From an uncultured Acidobacteriota bacterium (GTDB lineage Bacteria; Acidobacteriota; Thermoanaerobaculia; Multivoradales; JBCCEF01), in assembly GCA_963843275.1 (NCBI GenBank), contig CAWJJM010000012.1, positions 221,756 to 285,755 of the forward strand: a stretch of 64,000 nt of DNA. Direction: 5' to 3'. Shown piece after piece: positions 28,695 to 37,635 of the stretch. The position numbers and the translations under genes are program-made. The notes beneath the pieces are model-generated. The model did not search any database. It was not told the origin of the DNA and saw nothing but the letters and a program-made list of their open reading frames with translations. Position 1 is the stretch's first letter, and every line of letters starts with the position of its first letter.

Positions 28695-29416
28695 GGCGGG
28701 TCCGCCGGGCGGCGGCCGCCCTGCTCGCCGCGTCGCTCGCCGGCGCCGGCGCCGCGCCGCTGGCGGCCGCCCCGGCCGACCCGTACCGGGAGCAGCGCCA
28801 GGAGATGGTCGAGCAACAGGTCCGGGGGCGGGGGATCGACGACCCGGCCGTCCTGGCGGCGATGGCCGAGGTGCCACGGCACCTCTTCGTCGCCGAGGCC
28901 GACGTCGCCACCGCCTACGCCGACCGCGCCGTCGCCATCGGCTACGGCCAGACCGTCTCGCAGCCCTACGTGGTGGCGCTGATGACCTCGCTGCTCGGCC
29001 TCGACCACGACGACCGGGTGCTGGAGATCGGCACCGGTTCGGGCTACCACACGGCGGTGCTGTCGCGGGTCGCCGGCCGCGTCTACTCGATGGAGATCAT
29101 CGAGCCGATGGCCCGCCAGGCGCAGCGGCGGCTCGCCTCGCTGGGCTACGACAACGTCGAGATCCGGGTCGGCGACGGCTACAAGGGCTGGCCCGAGGAG
29201 GCGCCGTTCGACGCCATCATCCTCACCGCCGCGCCGCCGCGGATCCCCCAGCCGCTGATCGACCAGCTCAAGGTGGGCGGGCGCATGGTGGTGCCGGTCG
29301 GCGGCTACATCCAGGATCTGCAGGTGATCGACAAGACGGCGGACGGACTGCAGAAGCGCACCGTCATCCCGGTGCGGCTGCAGCCGATGACCGGGCAGGT
29401 GCGGGAGGGCGGATGA
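28691..29416 (+). CDS. pcm: Protein-L-isoaspartate O-methyltransferase with N-terminal signal peptide (copy 1)
   Basis: MRRVRRAAAALLAASLAGAGAAPLAAAPA then ...AMAEVPRHLFV...AIGYGQTVSQPYVVALMT...VLEIGTGSGYHTAVLS...GDGYKGWPEEAPFDAIILTAA; ATG overlaps upstream stop (ATGA). Confidence 0.9.
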   Translation: MRRVRRAAAALLAASLAGAGAAPLAAAPADPYREQRQEMVEQQVRGRGIDDPAVLAAMAEVPRHLFVAEADVATAYADRAVAIGYGQTVSQPYVVALMTSLLGLDHDDRVLEIGTGSGYHTAVLSRVAGRVYSMEIIEPMARQAQRRLASLGYDNVEIRVGDGYKGWPEEAPFDAIILTAAPPRIPQPLIDQLKVGGRMVVPVGGYIQDLQVIDKTADGLQKRTVIPVRLQPMTGQVREGG

Positions 29417-30213
29417 GGCTGCCGGCCGCCGGAGCGCTGGCGGTCGTCGCGCTGGCCGTTCCGCTGGCCGCCTGCCCCGGCCGCTCGCCGGCCGCGCCGC
29501 CGGGCCCCGGCGCCGGCTTCGCCGACCAGCGTCAGGCCATGGTCGACGTGCTGCGCTCGGCCGCGATCCGCGACCCGCGGGTGCTGGAGGCGATGGCCGA
29601 GGTCCCCCGCCACCGCTTCGTGCCGCCGCCGTGGCAGGGCGCCGCGTACCGCGACGAGCCGCTGCCCATCGGCCACGGCCAGACGATCTCCCAGCCCTAC
29701 GTGGTCGCCCTGATGTCGTCGCTGGCCGACCTCCACGGCGGCGACAAGGTGCTGGAGATCGGCACCGGCTCGGGCTACCACGCCGCGGTGCTGTCGCGCC
29801 TCGCCGGCCGCGTCTACTCGATCGAGATCGTGCCAGCGCTCGCCGACCGGGCGCGCCGCACCCTCGCCGAGCTGGGCTACCGCAACGTCGAGGTGCGCCG
29901 CGGCGACGGCTACAGGGGGTGGCCGGAGGCGGCGCCGTTCGACGCCATCGTGCTGACCGCGGCGCCGCGACACATCCCGCCGCCGCTGCTCGCCCAGCTC
30001 GCCGTGGGCGGACGGCTGGTCGCCCCCGTGGGCGGCCGCGAGCAGGAGCTCACGCTGATCACCCGCACCCCGGCGGGCTACCGGCGCGAGTCGATCACCC
30101 CCGTGCGCTTCGTCCCCATGACGGGGGAGGCGGACCGGGAGCCCGGGTCGGAGCCCGGCCCCGGCTCCGACCCCGGCCGAGCCGCCGATCCTGGCGGCCG
30201 TGCACCCGGTTGA
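29413..30213 (+). CDS. pcm: Protein-L-isoaspartate O-methyltransferase with lipoprotein-like signal peptide (copy 2)
   Basis: MRLPAAGALAVVALAVPLAAC...; ...AMAEVPRHRFVP...PIGHGQTISQPYVVALMS...VLEIGTGSGYHAAVLS...GDGYRGWPEAAPFDAIVLTAA; start overlaps pcm-1 stop (ATGA). Confidence 0.9.
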   Translation: MRLPAAGALAVVALAVPLAACPGRSPAAPPGPGAGFADQRQAMVDVLRSAAIRDPRVLEAMAEVPRHRFVPPPWQGAAYRDEPLPIGHGQTISQPYVVALMSSLADLHGGDKVLEIGTGSGYHAAVLSRLAGRVYSIEIVPALADRARRTLAELGYRNVEVRRGDGYRGWPEAAPFDAIVLTAAPRHIPPPLLAQLAVGGRLVAPVGGREQELTLITRTPAGYRRESITPVRFVPMTGEADREPGSEPGPGSDPGRAADPGGRAPG

Positions 30214-30248
30214 GCGGCCGGCCGCGCGCCCGACCGCGAGGAGCCGCG

Positions 30249-31985
30249 ATGAGCCACGAGGCGCTGTGCCCCGCCGTCCCCCTGATCGCCGGCCTGTTGC
30301 TCGTCGCCGGCCTGCCGCCCGCCGCCGCGCAGGAGCCGCCGCCGCTCTTCGTCGAGCGCGTCGACGTCAACGTCGTCAACGTCGAGGTCTTCGTCACCGA
30401 CGCGCGGGGGCGCCAGGTCGCCGGCCTCGGCCGCGAGGACTTCGAGGTGCTCCAGGACGGCGAGCCGGTCGAGGTCACGAACTTCTTCTCCATCTCGCGG
30501 CAGGACCGGGTGGCGGAGGCGCTGAGCGCCTCGCCGGCGGAGCTCGCCGCCGGCGCGGCCCGCGGCGGCGCCGTCGACCTGCCCCCCGAGCAGCAGCTCA
30601 ACCTGCTGGTCTACGTCGACCACTTCAACCTCCATCCGTCGACGCGTAGCCGGGTGCTCGACGACCTGCGCGGCTTCCTCGAGGACCGCATGTTCGAGGG
30701 GGACCGGGTGATGGTGATGGGCTACGACGGTCAGCTCGACCTGGTGCAGCCGTTCACGCGCGATCCCGTCGCCGTCGACGCGGCGCTGGCCGGCATGAAG
30801 AAGGTCAAGACGGGCCGGCAGCAGTTCGACGCCCGGCGCAACCGCGTCATGGCGGGCATCCGCATCGCGTTCCGCGACGGCGAGCCGGTGGTGGCGAACG
30901 AGCTGGTGCGCGGCTACATCCAGGAGCAGCAGCTCGAGCTGCGGCGCTCGGCGAAAGCCCTGTCGACCGTGGTGCGCTCGCTGGCCGGGCTGCCCGGCCG
31001 CAAGGCGCTGGTGTACGTCAGCGAGGGTCTGCCGCAGCGGCCCGGCGAGGACCTCTACCAGTACATGGCGGAGATCTTCTCGCAGACGGAGATCCCCGGC
31101 GGGTCCGGCTTCTCCGCCGACAACGTCGACACCTCGATCGAGGCGCTCAAGGCCGACGAGTCGGCGGTGTTCGACGACATCACCCGGCACGCCAACGCCC
31201 ACCAGGTGACGCTGTATCCCGTCGACGCCCGCGGCGCCGCCGGCGACTCCACCCTCGGCGCCGACAACCCGGGCCTGATGATCGCCAACCGCACCGGGCT
31301 CGACGCCCTGCGCACGGTGATGCAGCAGGAGCCGCTGATCGAGATGGCGGTGGCGACGGGCGGCCGGGCGGTCCTCGGCACCAGCAACTTCGCCGACGCG
31401 ATGCGGACCGACGCGGGCGACTTCGACAACTTCTATTCCCTCGGCTACGCCTCGCCGGCGGCGGGCGACGGGCGGTACCATGTCATCGAGGTGCGGGTGA
31501 AGCGGCCGGGGCTCCGGGTGCGTCACCGCCAGGGCTACGTCGACAAGCCGCAGGCGGAGATCGTCGCCGACCGCACCCTGTCGTCGCTGGTCTACGGGCT
31601 GGAGTCCAACCCCCTGGGGGTGTCGATCGACTTCGGGACGCCCGAGCGCAGCGGCCGGCGCGCCGTCGTGGTCCCGGTGATGGTGCGGATCCCCTTCCGC
31701 GACGTGACGCTGCTCCCCAACGGTGCGCTGGAGGAGGGGCGGCTGCACATCTTCCTGGCGGTGCAGGACGACCGGGGCGGCGTCTCCGACCTCCACCGCC
31801 AGGACTACCCGCTGAGCATCCCCCACGAGCAGCTCGGCGCGGCCCGCGGCAAGGAGATCGGCTACCTGGTGCGCCTGCAGGTGACGCCGGGGACGCCGAC
31901 GGTGGCGGTCGGTGTCTGGGACGAGCTCTCCGGCACCGAGTCGTTCGTCCACAAGCAGCTGCGGGTCGCCCGGCCGCGCTCCTGA
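30249..31985 (+). CDS. VWFA-related domain protein (TIGR03436 'Acidobacterial VWA' family), signal peptide
   Basis: ...LFVERVDVNVVNVEVFVTDARGRQVAGLGREDFEVLQDGEPVEVTNF...LLVYVDHFNL...RKALVYVSEGLP...YPVDARG...YSLGY...DGRYHVIEVRVKRPGLRVRHRQGY: family-defining motifs. Confidence 0.8.
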   Translation: MSHEALCPAVPLIAGLLLVAGLPPAAAQEPPPLFVERVDVNVVNVEVFVTDARGRQVAGLGREDFEVLQDGEPVEVTNFFSISRQDRVAEALSASPAELAAGAARGGAVDLPPEQQLNLLVYVDHFNLHPSTRSRVLDDLRGFLEDRMFEGDRVMVMGYDGQLDLVQPFTRDPVAVDAALAGMKKVKTGRQQFDARRNRVMAGIRIAFRDGEPVVANELVRGYIQEQQLELRRSAKALSTVVRSLAGLPGRKALVYVSEGLPQRPGEDLYQYMAEIFSQTEIPGGSGFSADNVDTSIEALKADESAVFDDITRHANAHQVTLYPVDARGAAGDSTLGADNPGLMIANRTGLDALRTVMQQEPLIEMAVATGGRAVLGTSNFADAMRTDAGDFDNFYSLGYASPAAGDGRYHVIEVRVKRPGLRVRHRQGYVDKPQAEIVADRTLSSLVYGLESNPLGVSIDFGTPERSGRRAVVVPVMVRIPFRDVTLLPNGALEEGRLHIFLAVQDDRGGVSDLHRQDYPLSIPHEQLGAARGKEIGYLVRLQVTPGTPTVAVGVWDELSGTESFVHKQLRVARPRS

Positions 31986-32003
31986 GCGCCGGCCGGCGCG
32001 CTC

Positions 32004-33686
32004 TCAGCCGCCGATCCGCACCGGCCGGCGCAGGAAGGAGCTGTCGCCGCCGACCTCGTCGGTGACGCCGACGGCGACCTGGTGCGTCCCCGCCTCCATG
32101 CGCAGCTCGGCGGCGTAGGTGAAGACCTGGCCGCGGGCCGTCTCGAGATCGGCGTCGGGAACGGCGAGAGGGAAGGGCTCCTGGACCGGCGTCGAGGTCT
32201 CGCCGTCGCCGTCCATCACCGCCACCGAGACGCGCAGCCGTCCCCGGTGGCCGTCGGCGGTGGGCACCAGGGTGACGCGGCCGATCGGGATGAGCACCTC
32301 GAGGGGCAGGCGCCAGGTGCCCTTGCCGTCGGACTCCGGGGTGCCGAAGCGCACCTCGACGCCGAGCGGGTTGACGCCGACGCCGTAGAAGAGCGCCGCC
32401 AGGGTGCCGTCGCCGACCTCGCTCTCCAGCGTCTTGTCGCGGTAGCCCAGCCGGTGCCGGACGGTCACCCCGCGCCGCTTCACGCGCACGGAGATGTCGT
32501 GGTAGCGGCCGTCCCCCTGGTGCGCCGGCGTATAGCCCAGCGAGTAGTAGGACGTCAGGTCGGCCTCCATGGCGGCGAGCGCCCCGTCGACGTTGGCGGT
32601 GTTCAGCGAGGCGCGGCCGCCGGTGCCCTCGGCCAGTGCCAGCAGCGGCTCCTGGCGGTTGGCGTCGTGGATGAAGTCGAGGTCGACGGTGGAGCCCGCC
32701 GAGCCGCCGTGCTCGGCGGAGATCGAGTCGCGGGGACCGCCGCCGGCGGCGTCGATCGGGTAGAAGGTGACCCGGTTGGCGTTGGCCTTCGCCACCAGCT
32801 CGTGCAGCTCCGAGCGCAGCAGGTAGCGGTGCGAGGTGAGCATCCCGGTGGTGCTGCGCCCGAAGCGGTCGTCGACGCGGTTGAAGAGGTCCTCGCCGGC
32901 AGCCATCGGCAGCCCCTCGCTGACGTAGACCAGCGCCTTGCGGCCGACCAGCCCGCCGAGCGACGAGATCAGCTCACCCAGCGCGTTGACGCTGTGGCGG
33001 GCGTCGTCGTAGAGACCACGGGCGTAGAAGTCCGCCGCCGAGGCGGCCTCGGAGGCCCCGTTGGCCTTGTCGATCCGGTCGACCACCCGCCGGCGCTCGG
33101 TGGCCGACTCCTCGCCCAGCGCGTGCACCCGCTCGAGGCGGTCGAGCGCGTCCTGCGCCAGGGCCGGGTCGGCGGTGAACGTCTGCTCGATCGACAGCGA
33201 GTGGTCGAAGCTGACCACCATCACGCGGTCGCCGGGCCGCAGCTCCGTCGCCAGGAAGCGCTTGACGCCGCGCAGGGCCTGGTTGCGGCGGAACGGCGAG
33301 AGGAACAGGTTGTCGACGTAGACCACCAGGTGGAGGCGCTCGGCGGCCGCGGCCTCGACCTCGGCGGCGGCGGTCGGGGGTCGAGGCGCGGGGCGGGCGG
33401 GCGCGGTCGGGCGCACCGCCGGGGTGGCCGCTCCGACCTCGGCGAAGTTGGTCAGCGGCACCGGCCTGCCGTCCTCGGAGACCTCGAAGTCGTCGGCGGT
33501 GAGGCCGTGGACCGGGCGGCCGTCGCGCCCGGTCACCACGACGTCGACGTTGACCACGTGGACGGCCAGCGACTCGAAGAACATCTCGTCGGAAGCCGGC
33601 GGGGCCTCGGGGGCCTGCCCGGCGGCCACCCAGGCCAGCGACGCCAGGCAGGGCACGAGCAGCTGACGGCGGATCGCGGCTCTCAT
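32004..33686 (-). CDS. VWFA-related domain protein (TIGR03436 family), paralogue, signal peptide
   Basis: MRAAIRRQLLVPCLASLAWVAAGQAP...ESLAVHVVNVDVVVTGRDGRPVHGLTADDFEVSEDGRPVPLTNF...HLVVYVDNLFL...RKALVYVSEGLP...YPIDAAGG...YSLGY...DGRYHDISVRVKRRGVTVRHRLGY. Confidence 0.8.
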   Translation of the reverse strand: MRAAIRRQLLVPCLASLAWVAAGQAPEAPPASDEMFFESLAVHVVNVDVVVTGRDGRPVHGLTADDFEVSEDGRPVPLTNFAEVGAATPAVRPTAPARPAPRPPTAAAEVEAAAAERLHLVVYVDNLFLSPFRRNQALRGVKRFLATELRPGDRVMVVSFDHSLSIEQTFTADPALAQDALDRLERVHALGEESATERRRVVDRIDKANGASEAASAADFYARGLYDDARHSVNALGELISSLGGLVGRKALVYVSEGLPMAAGEDLFNRVDDRFGRSTTGMLTSHRYLLRSELHELVAKANANRVTFYPIDAAGGGPRDSISAEHGGSAGSTVDLDFIHDANRQEPLLALAEGTGGRASLNTANVDGALAAMEADLTSYYSLGYTPAHQGDGRYHDISVRVKRRGVTVRHRLGYRDKTLESEVGDGTLAALFYGVGVNPLGVEVRFGTPESDGKGTWRLPLEVLIPIGRVTLVPTADGHRGRLRVSVAVMDGDGETSTPVQEPFPLAVPDADLETARGQVFTYAAELRMEAGTHQVAVGVTDEVGGDSSFLRRPVRIGG

Positions 33687-33829
33687 GCTCGGTTCCTCGC
33701 GGGAAGGTCGGAGGACGGCCCCCGGGCGGCGCAGTGTAGCACCCGCGCGGCCGCCGGCAGCCACCGCCGCTGACGTAGACTCGGCCGACGACCGCGGGGC
33801 GCGGCGCGCCGCGCCCGGTGGAGGTCCCG

Positions 33830-35197
33830 ATGCGTTCCCATCCCCTGTTCCGCTCCCTCGCCGCCGCGCTCTCGGCGCTCCTGCTGGCCGCCTGCGCCAC
33901 CACCGACCTGCCCCCGATCCCGGCGGCCGGTCCCGGCTTCCGGCCGCTGCCCGACGAGGTCGAGCTGTGGCAGGAGGCGCGCGCGGAGGAGGCCCGGCTC
34001 CTGGCCGAGGCGCCCGTCTACGACGATGCGGCGTTGACCGCCTACCTGGAGGACGTGGCGGCGCGGCTGACGCCGCCGGCGATGGCCTCCAACCCGCTGC
34101 TGTCGCACCGCGTCACGGTGCTGGCCGACCCGACGTTGAACGCGTTTTCGTATCCCCATGGAAGCCTGTACGTGCACACCGGCCTGTTGGCCCGCCTCGC
34201 CAACGAGGACCAGCTCGCCACCGTCCTCGGCCACGAGATCAGCCACGTCGAGTACCGGCACATGGTGCGCCACCGGCGCGCCGCCGCCAATCGCGCGGTC
34301 GGCGTCGGGATCGCCGCCTTCGCGGCCCTGGTGGTGCTGACCGCCGCGGAGATCGACGCCGCCGACGAGGGCAAGTGGGTGCGCGCCGAGAACCTCCATT
34401 TCTTCGCTGAGCTGGTGGTGGACCTGGGTCTGCAGATCGCCTTCGTCGCGGCGGTCAACGGCTACGGTCGCAAGCTCGAGCTGGAGGCGGACCGGGGAGG
34501 GTTCCGCAAGCTCGCCGCGGCCGGCTACCGGCCGGCCGAGGCGTCCGAGATGTACGAGACGCTGCTCGCCTCCACCGCCGGCGAGGCCGGACGTCTCGAG
34601 ACCTTCTTCTTCGGCTCGCACCCACGGCTGACCGAGCGCATCGACAGCGCCCGCCGCTGGGCCGAGAGCGGTGTTGCGGAGGAGGACGCCGCGGCGGACG
34701 AGGGGCCGGCGCCGGCGGGAGACGCGGAGCGCTTCGCCCGCGTCCTCCAGCCGGTGTTGCGCGACGACGCGCGGATGAACCTCGAGCGGGGGCGGCTCGA
34801 CCTCGCCGCGGCGGACCTCGAGCGGGCGCTCGGCTGGGACGCGGACGACGCCGAGGGCCGCACCCTGCTCGGCGAGCTCCGCCTGCTGCAGGCGGCGGCG
34901 ACGCCCGCCGCGGAGGCGGAGGCGCTGCGCGACGACGCGCGCCGCGCCTTCCACGAGGCGATCCGCCTGGATCCCGACCTGGCGGAGCCGCACCGCGAGC
35001 TGGGGCTGTTGCTGGCGGACGACGGCGACGCCGCCGGGGCCTGCCGCGAGCTCGGCCACTACCTGGAGCTGGCGCCCGACGCCGACGACGCCGCGGAGAT
35101 CGACGACCGGCGGTACGAGCTCGAGGAGGCCGGGGCCTGCGCCCTTCCCGCCGCGCCCCCTCCCGAGGCCGCCGGCGCCGTCTACATCCGCGAGTAG
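33830..35197 (+). CDS. M48-family Zn metallopeptidase lipoprotein with TPR-like C-terminal region
   Basis: MRSHPLFRSLAAALSALLLAAC (lipobox); HEXXH in ...LATVLGHEISHVEYRHM...; C-terminal Ala/Asp/Glu-rich helical repeats. Confidence 0.75.
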   Translation: MRSHPLFRSLAAALSALLLAACATTDLPPIPAAGPGFRPLPDEVELWQEARAEEARLLAEAPVYDDAALTAYLEDVAARLTPPAMASNPLLSHRVTVLADPTLNAFSYPHGSLYVHTGLLARLANEDQLATVLGHEISHVEYRHMVRHRRAAANRAVGVGIAAFAALVVLTAAEIDAADEGKWVRAENLHFFAELVVDLGLQIAFVAAVNGYGRKLELEADRGGFRKLAAAGYRPAEASEMYETLLASTAGEAGRLETFFFGSHPRLTERIDSARRWAESGVAEEDAAADEGPAPAGDAERFARVLQPVLRDDARMNLERGRLDLAAADLERALGWDADDAEGRTLLGELRLLQAAATPAAEAEALRDDARRAFHEAIRLDPDLAEPHRELGLLLADDGDAAGACRELGHYLELAPDADDAAEIDDRRYELEEAGACALPAAPPPEAAGAVYIRE

Positions 35198-36852
35198 TTG
35201 GGGCCGCCGCCGCCCTCGGGCGGGACCCAGTCGATCACCTGGTAGGGGTCCATCACGTCGCAGGTCTTGCAGTGGACGCAGTTGGAGAAGTTGATCTGCA
35301 GCCGTTGCCCGGAGGGGGCCGCCGCGTCGTCGACCATCTCGTAGACCCCGGCCGGGCAGAAGCGCTGGCAGGGGTTGGCGTACTCGCGGCGGCAGCGGTC
35401 GACGCACACGTCGGGATCGGTCACCACCAGGTGGGCCGGCTGGTCCTCCGCGTGCGAGGTGGCGGAGTTGTAGACGTCGGCCAGCTTGTCGAAGGTGAGC
35501 TCGCCGTCGGCGGCGACCGGCGCGGGAGCGGCCGCGGGGTGCCGGTCCAGGCGCGTCATCCGCTCGTGCCCGAACGAGTTGACCAGGCGGTCGCGGAGCC
35601 CGAAGCCGCGGCCCCCCGTCACCATCCCCAGGCCGCTCTGCAGCATTCCGGCGAGGGTGCCGTGCTCGAACGCCTGGTGGAAGTTGCGCACCGCCCACAG
35701 CTCCGTGCGCACCGGGCTGGCCTCCAGCTTGCCCTCCATGCGGGCCAGCCGCTCGGCGGTGACGCCGCCGTCGCGCAGCGCCTCGAAGATCGTGTCCGCG
35801 GCCAGCATCCCCGAGCGGATCGCCAGGTGGACTCCCTTGAGCCGCTGGCTGTTGAGGTAGCCGCCGGAGTCGCCGACGAGCAGGAACCCGTCGCCCCAGC
35901 CGCGCGGCATCGACCACCAGCCCCCCTCGGGGAGGACCTTGGCGCCGTAGAAGGCCATCCGGCCGCCGGCGAGGAGCTCGCGCAGGCGCGGATGGGTCTT
36001 GAAGCGCTGGAACTCCTGGTGCGGGTCGAGCCAGGGGTTGCGGTAGTCGAGGCCGACCACCAGGCCGACCGCGGCCTGGTCGCCCTGCATCCCGTAGACG
36101 AATCCGCCGCCGAAGGTCGACATCCCCAGCGGCCAGCCGAGGGTATGGATCACCTGGCCGGGCCGGATCCGCCCCGGGGGCAGCTCCCAGATCTCCTTGA
36201 CGCCGAGCGAGTAGACCTGCGGGTTGCGGCCGCGCGACAGGCCGAGGCGGCGGTCGAGCTGCTTCGCCAGCGAGCCCCGCGGCCCCTCGCCGAACACCGT
36301 CACCGCGGTACGGATGTCGATCCCCGGCTCGTAGTTGGGCTGTCGCGACCCGTCGTGGGAGATGCCGCGGTCGCCGGTGCGCACCCCGGCCACGCGGTCG
36401 CCGTCGTAGAGCACCTCGGTGCCGGCGAAGCCGGTGAACACGTCGACGCCGGCGGCCTCGGCCTTGCCGGCCATCCACTTGACCAGCTTGCCGAGCGAGG
36501 CGACGTAGTTGCCGTGGTTGTCGAGCGGGGGCGGGACGGGGAGGGGGAGCGCGCGGCCGGCGGTGAGCCACCACATCGCTTCGCCGGAGACGGGGGCTTC
36601 GAACGGGGCGCTCCGCCAGTCGTCGGGGAAGAGCTCGGCGAGCGACCCGGGATCGACCACCGCTCCGGAGAGGGAGTGCGCGCCCACCTCGGCGCCTTTC
36701 TCGAGGACGGCGATCGACACCTCGAGCGGCGTGGCGGCGTCGCGGTTGTGGGCCTCGAGACGGTGCGCCAGGTGGGTGGCGCCGGCCAGGCTGGCCGGTC
36801 CGGCGCCCACGAACAGGACGTCGAGCTCGAGGGTCTCGCGCTCTTCCGGCAT
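35182..36852 (-). CDS. Electron-transfer flavoprotein:ubiquinone oxidoreductase (ETF-QO)
   Basis: MPEERETLELDVLFVGAGPASLAGA (FAD GxGxxG)...; C-terminal 4Fe-4S ...CVDRCRREYANPCQRFCPAGVYEM...NFSNCVHCKTCDVMDPYQVIDWVPPEGGGGPNYSRM typical of ETF-QO; 556 aa intact. Confidence 0.9.
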   Translation of the reverse strand: MPEERETLELDVLFVGAGPASLAGATHLAHRLEAHNRDAATPLEVSIAVLEKGAEVGAHSLSGAVVDPGSLAELFPDDWRSAPFEAPVSGEAMWWLTAGRALPLPVPPPLDNHGNYVASLGKLVKWMAGKAEAAGVDVFTGFAGTEVLYDGDRVAGVRTGDRGISHDGSRQPNYEPGIDIRTAVTVFGEGPRGSLAKQLDRRLGLSRGRNPQVYSLGVKEIWELPPGRIRPGQVIHTLGWPLGMSTFGGGFVYGMQGDQAAVGLVVGLDYRNPWLDPHQEFQRFKTHPRLRELLAGGRMAFYGAKVLPEGGWWSMPRGWGDGFLLVGDSGGYLNSQRLKGVHLAIRSGMLAADTIFEALRDGGVTAERLARMEGKLEASPVRTELWAVRNFHQAFEHGTLAGMLQSGLGMVTGGRGFGLRDRLVNSFGHERMTRLDRHPAAAPAPVAADGELTFDKLADVYNSATSHAEDQPAHLVVTDPDVCVDRCRREYANPCQRFCPAGVYEMVDDAAAPSGQRLQINFSNCVHCKTCDVMDPYQVIDWVPPEGGGGPNYSRM

Positions 36853-36981
36853 CGCGCTGGCTCCCTTCGGCAGTTGGTCGGACGAGAGCGGGACGGACCG
36901 CGGGGGACCGGGACGGTCCCGGCGGATGCTAGCACGCGGCCGGCCGGTCGCCGCCCGGCGAGACGACCCCGCGGCGCCCTG

Positions 36982-37010
36982 TTGCCAGCCCCCGGAGGGG
37001 GGCGTAGAAT
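36982..37010 (+). promoter_or_regulatory. Near-consensus sigma70-type promoter TTGCCA-N17-TAGAAT upstream of CAP-domain gene / pstCA
   Basis: TTGCCA (36982-36987), 17-nt spacer gcccccggaggggggcg, TAGAAT (37005-37010); inside an unusual AT-richer island (tagaatgttgatagtcgaatatgtcact) in a ~73% GC context. Confidence 0.4.
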
Positions 37011-37073
37011 GTTGATAGTCGAATATGTCACTGCGATGCGCGGGCGCTCTCCGGCCCGCCTGCGAGGACCCCG

Positions 37074-37580
37074 ATGCGCAAGCTCTCCCCCGGCGCCGTG
37101 CGGACCCCTGGAGCGACGTTGCTGCTCCTCGCGCTGCTCGGTGCATGCGGCGGCTCGAGCCCGACCGAGCCGCTGGTCTCCCCGTCGCCGGCCTCCGTGG
37201 AGGCGGCCTCCTACGGGTTGCTCAACTCGGCGCGGCACGACGCCGGCGTGGACGACCTCGTCCTCGATCCCCAGATCACCGAGGTGGCCCGCGACTACAG
37301 CCGCAAGATGCGGGACGAGGGGTTCTTCGACCACATCGACCCGGCGGGCAACATGGTCGACACCCGTCTGCGGGTGGCGGGGGTGCGGTTCACGGTGGTG
37401 GGGGAGAACCTGGCCAACGTCAGCCACTCCTCCGATCCGGCCCGGGTGGCGCACCAGCTCCTGATGGGCAACGCGGTGCACCGCAGCAACATCCTCGACC
37501 CGCGCTTCAGCGAGGTCGGGGTGGGCGTGGCGCAGAGCGGCGACGTCTACTGGATCACCCAGATCTTCGTGCGGCCCTGA
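37074..37580 (+). CDS. CAP/SCP/PR-1 (YkwD-like) domain lipoprotein
   Basis: MRKLSPGAVRTPGATLLLLALLGAC (lipobox) ...LLNSARHDAGVDDLVLDPQITEVARDYSRKM...GHFDH...GENLA...HQLLMGNAVHRSNILDPRFSEVGVGV...YWITQIF: CAP-domain motifs. Confidence 0.75.
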   Translation: MRKLSPGAVRTPGATLLLLALLGACGGSSPTEPLVSPSPASVEAASYGLLNSARHDAGVDDLVLDPQITEVARDYSRKMRDEGFFDHIDPAGNMVDTRLRVAGVRFTVVGENLANVSHSSDPARVAHQLLMGNAVHRSNILDPRFSEVGVGVAQSGDVYWITQIFVRP

Positions 37581-37596
37581 GCCCCGGGCCGGGCGC

Positions 37597-37615
37597 CGTC
37601 ACCGCGCTGTCACCT
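37597..37615 (+). promoter_or_regulatory. Putative PHO box: two 11-nt-spaced direct repeats (cGTCACC / tGTCACC) 20-40 bp upstream of pstC
   Basis: ccGTCACCgcgcTGTCACCtcg; GTCAC pentamers start at 37598 and 37609 (11-bp periodicity); resembles PhoB/PhoP direct-repeat units (GTTCACC-type). Confidence 0.4.
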
Positions 37616-37635
37616 CGCGGCGCTAGCATCGCCGC

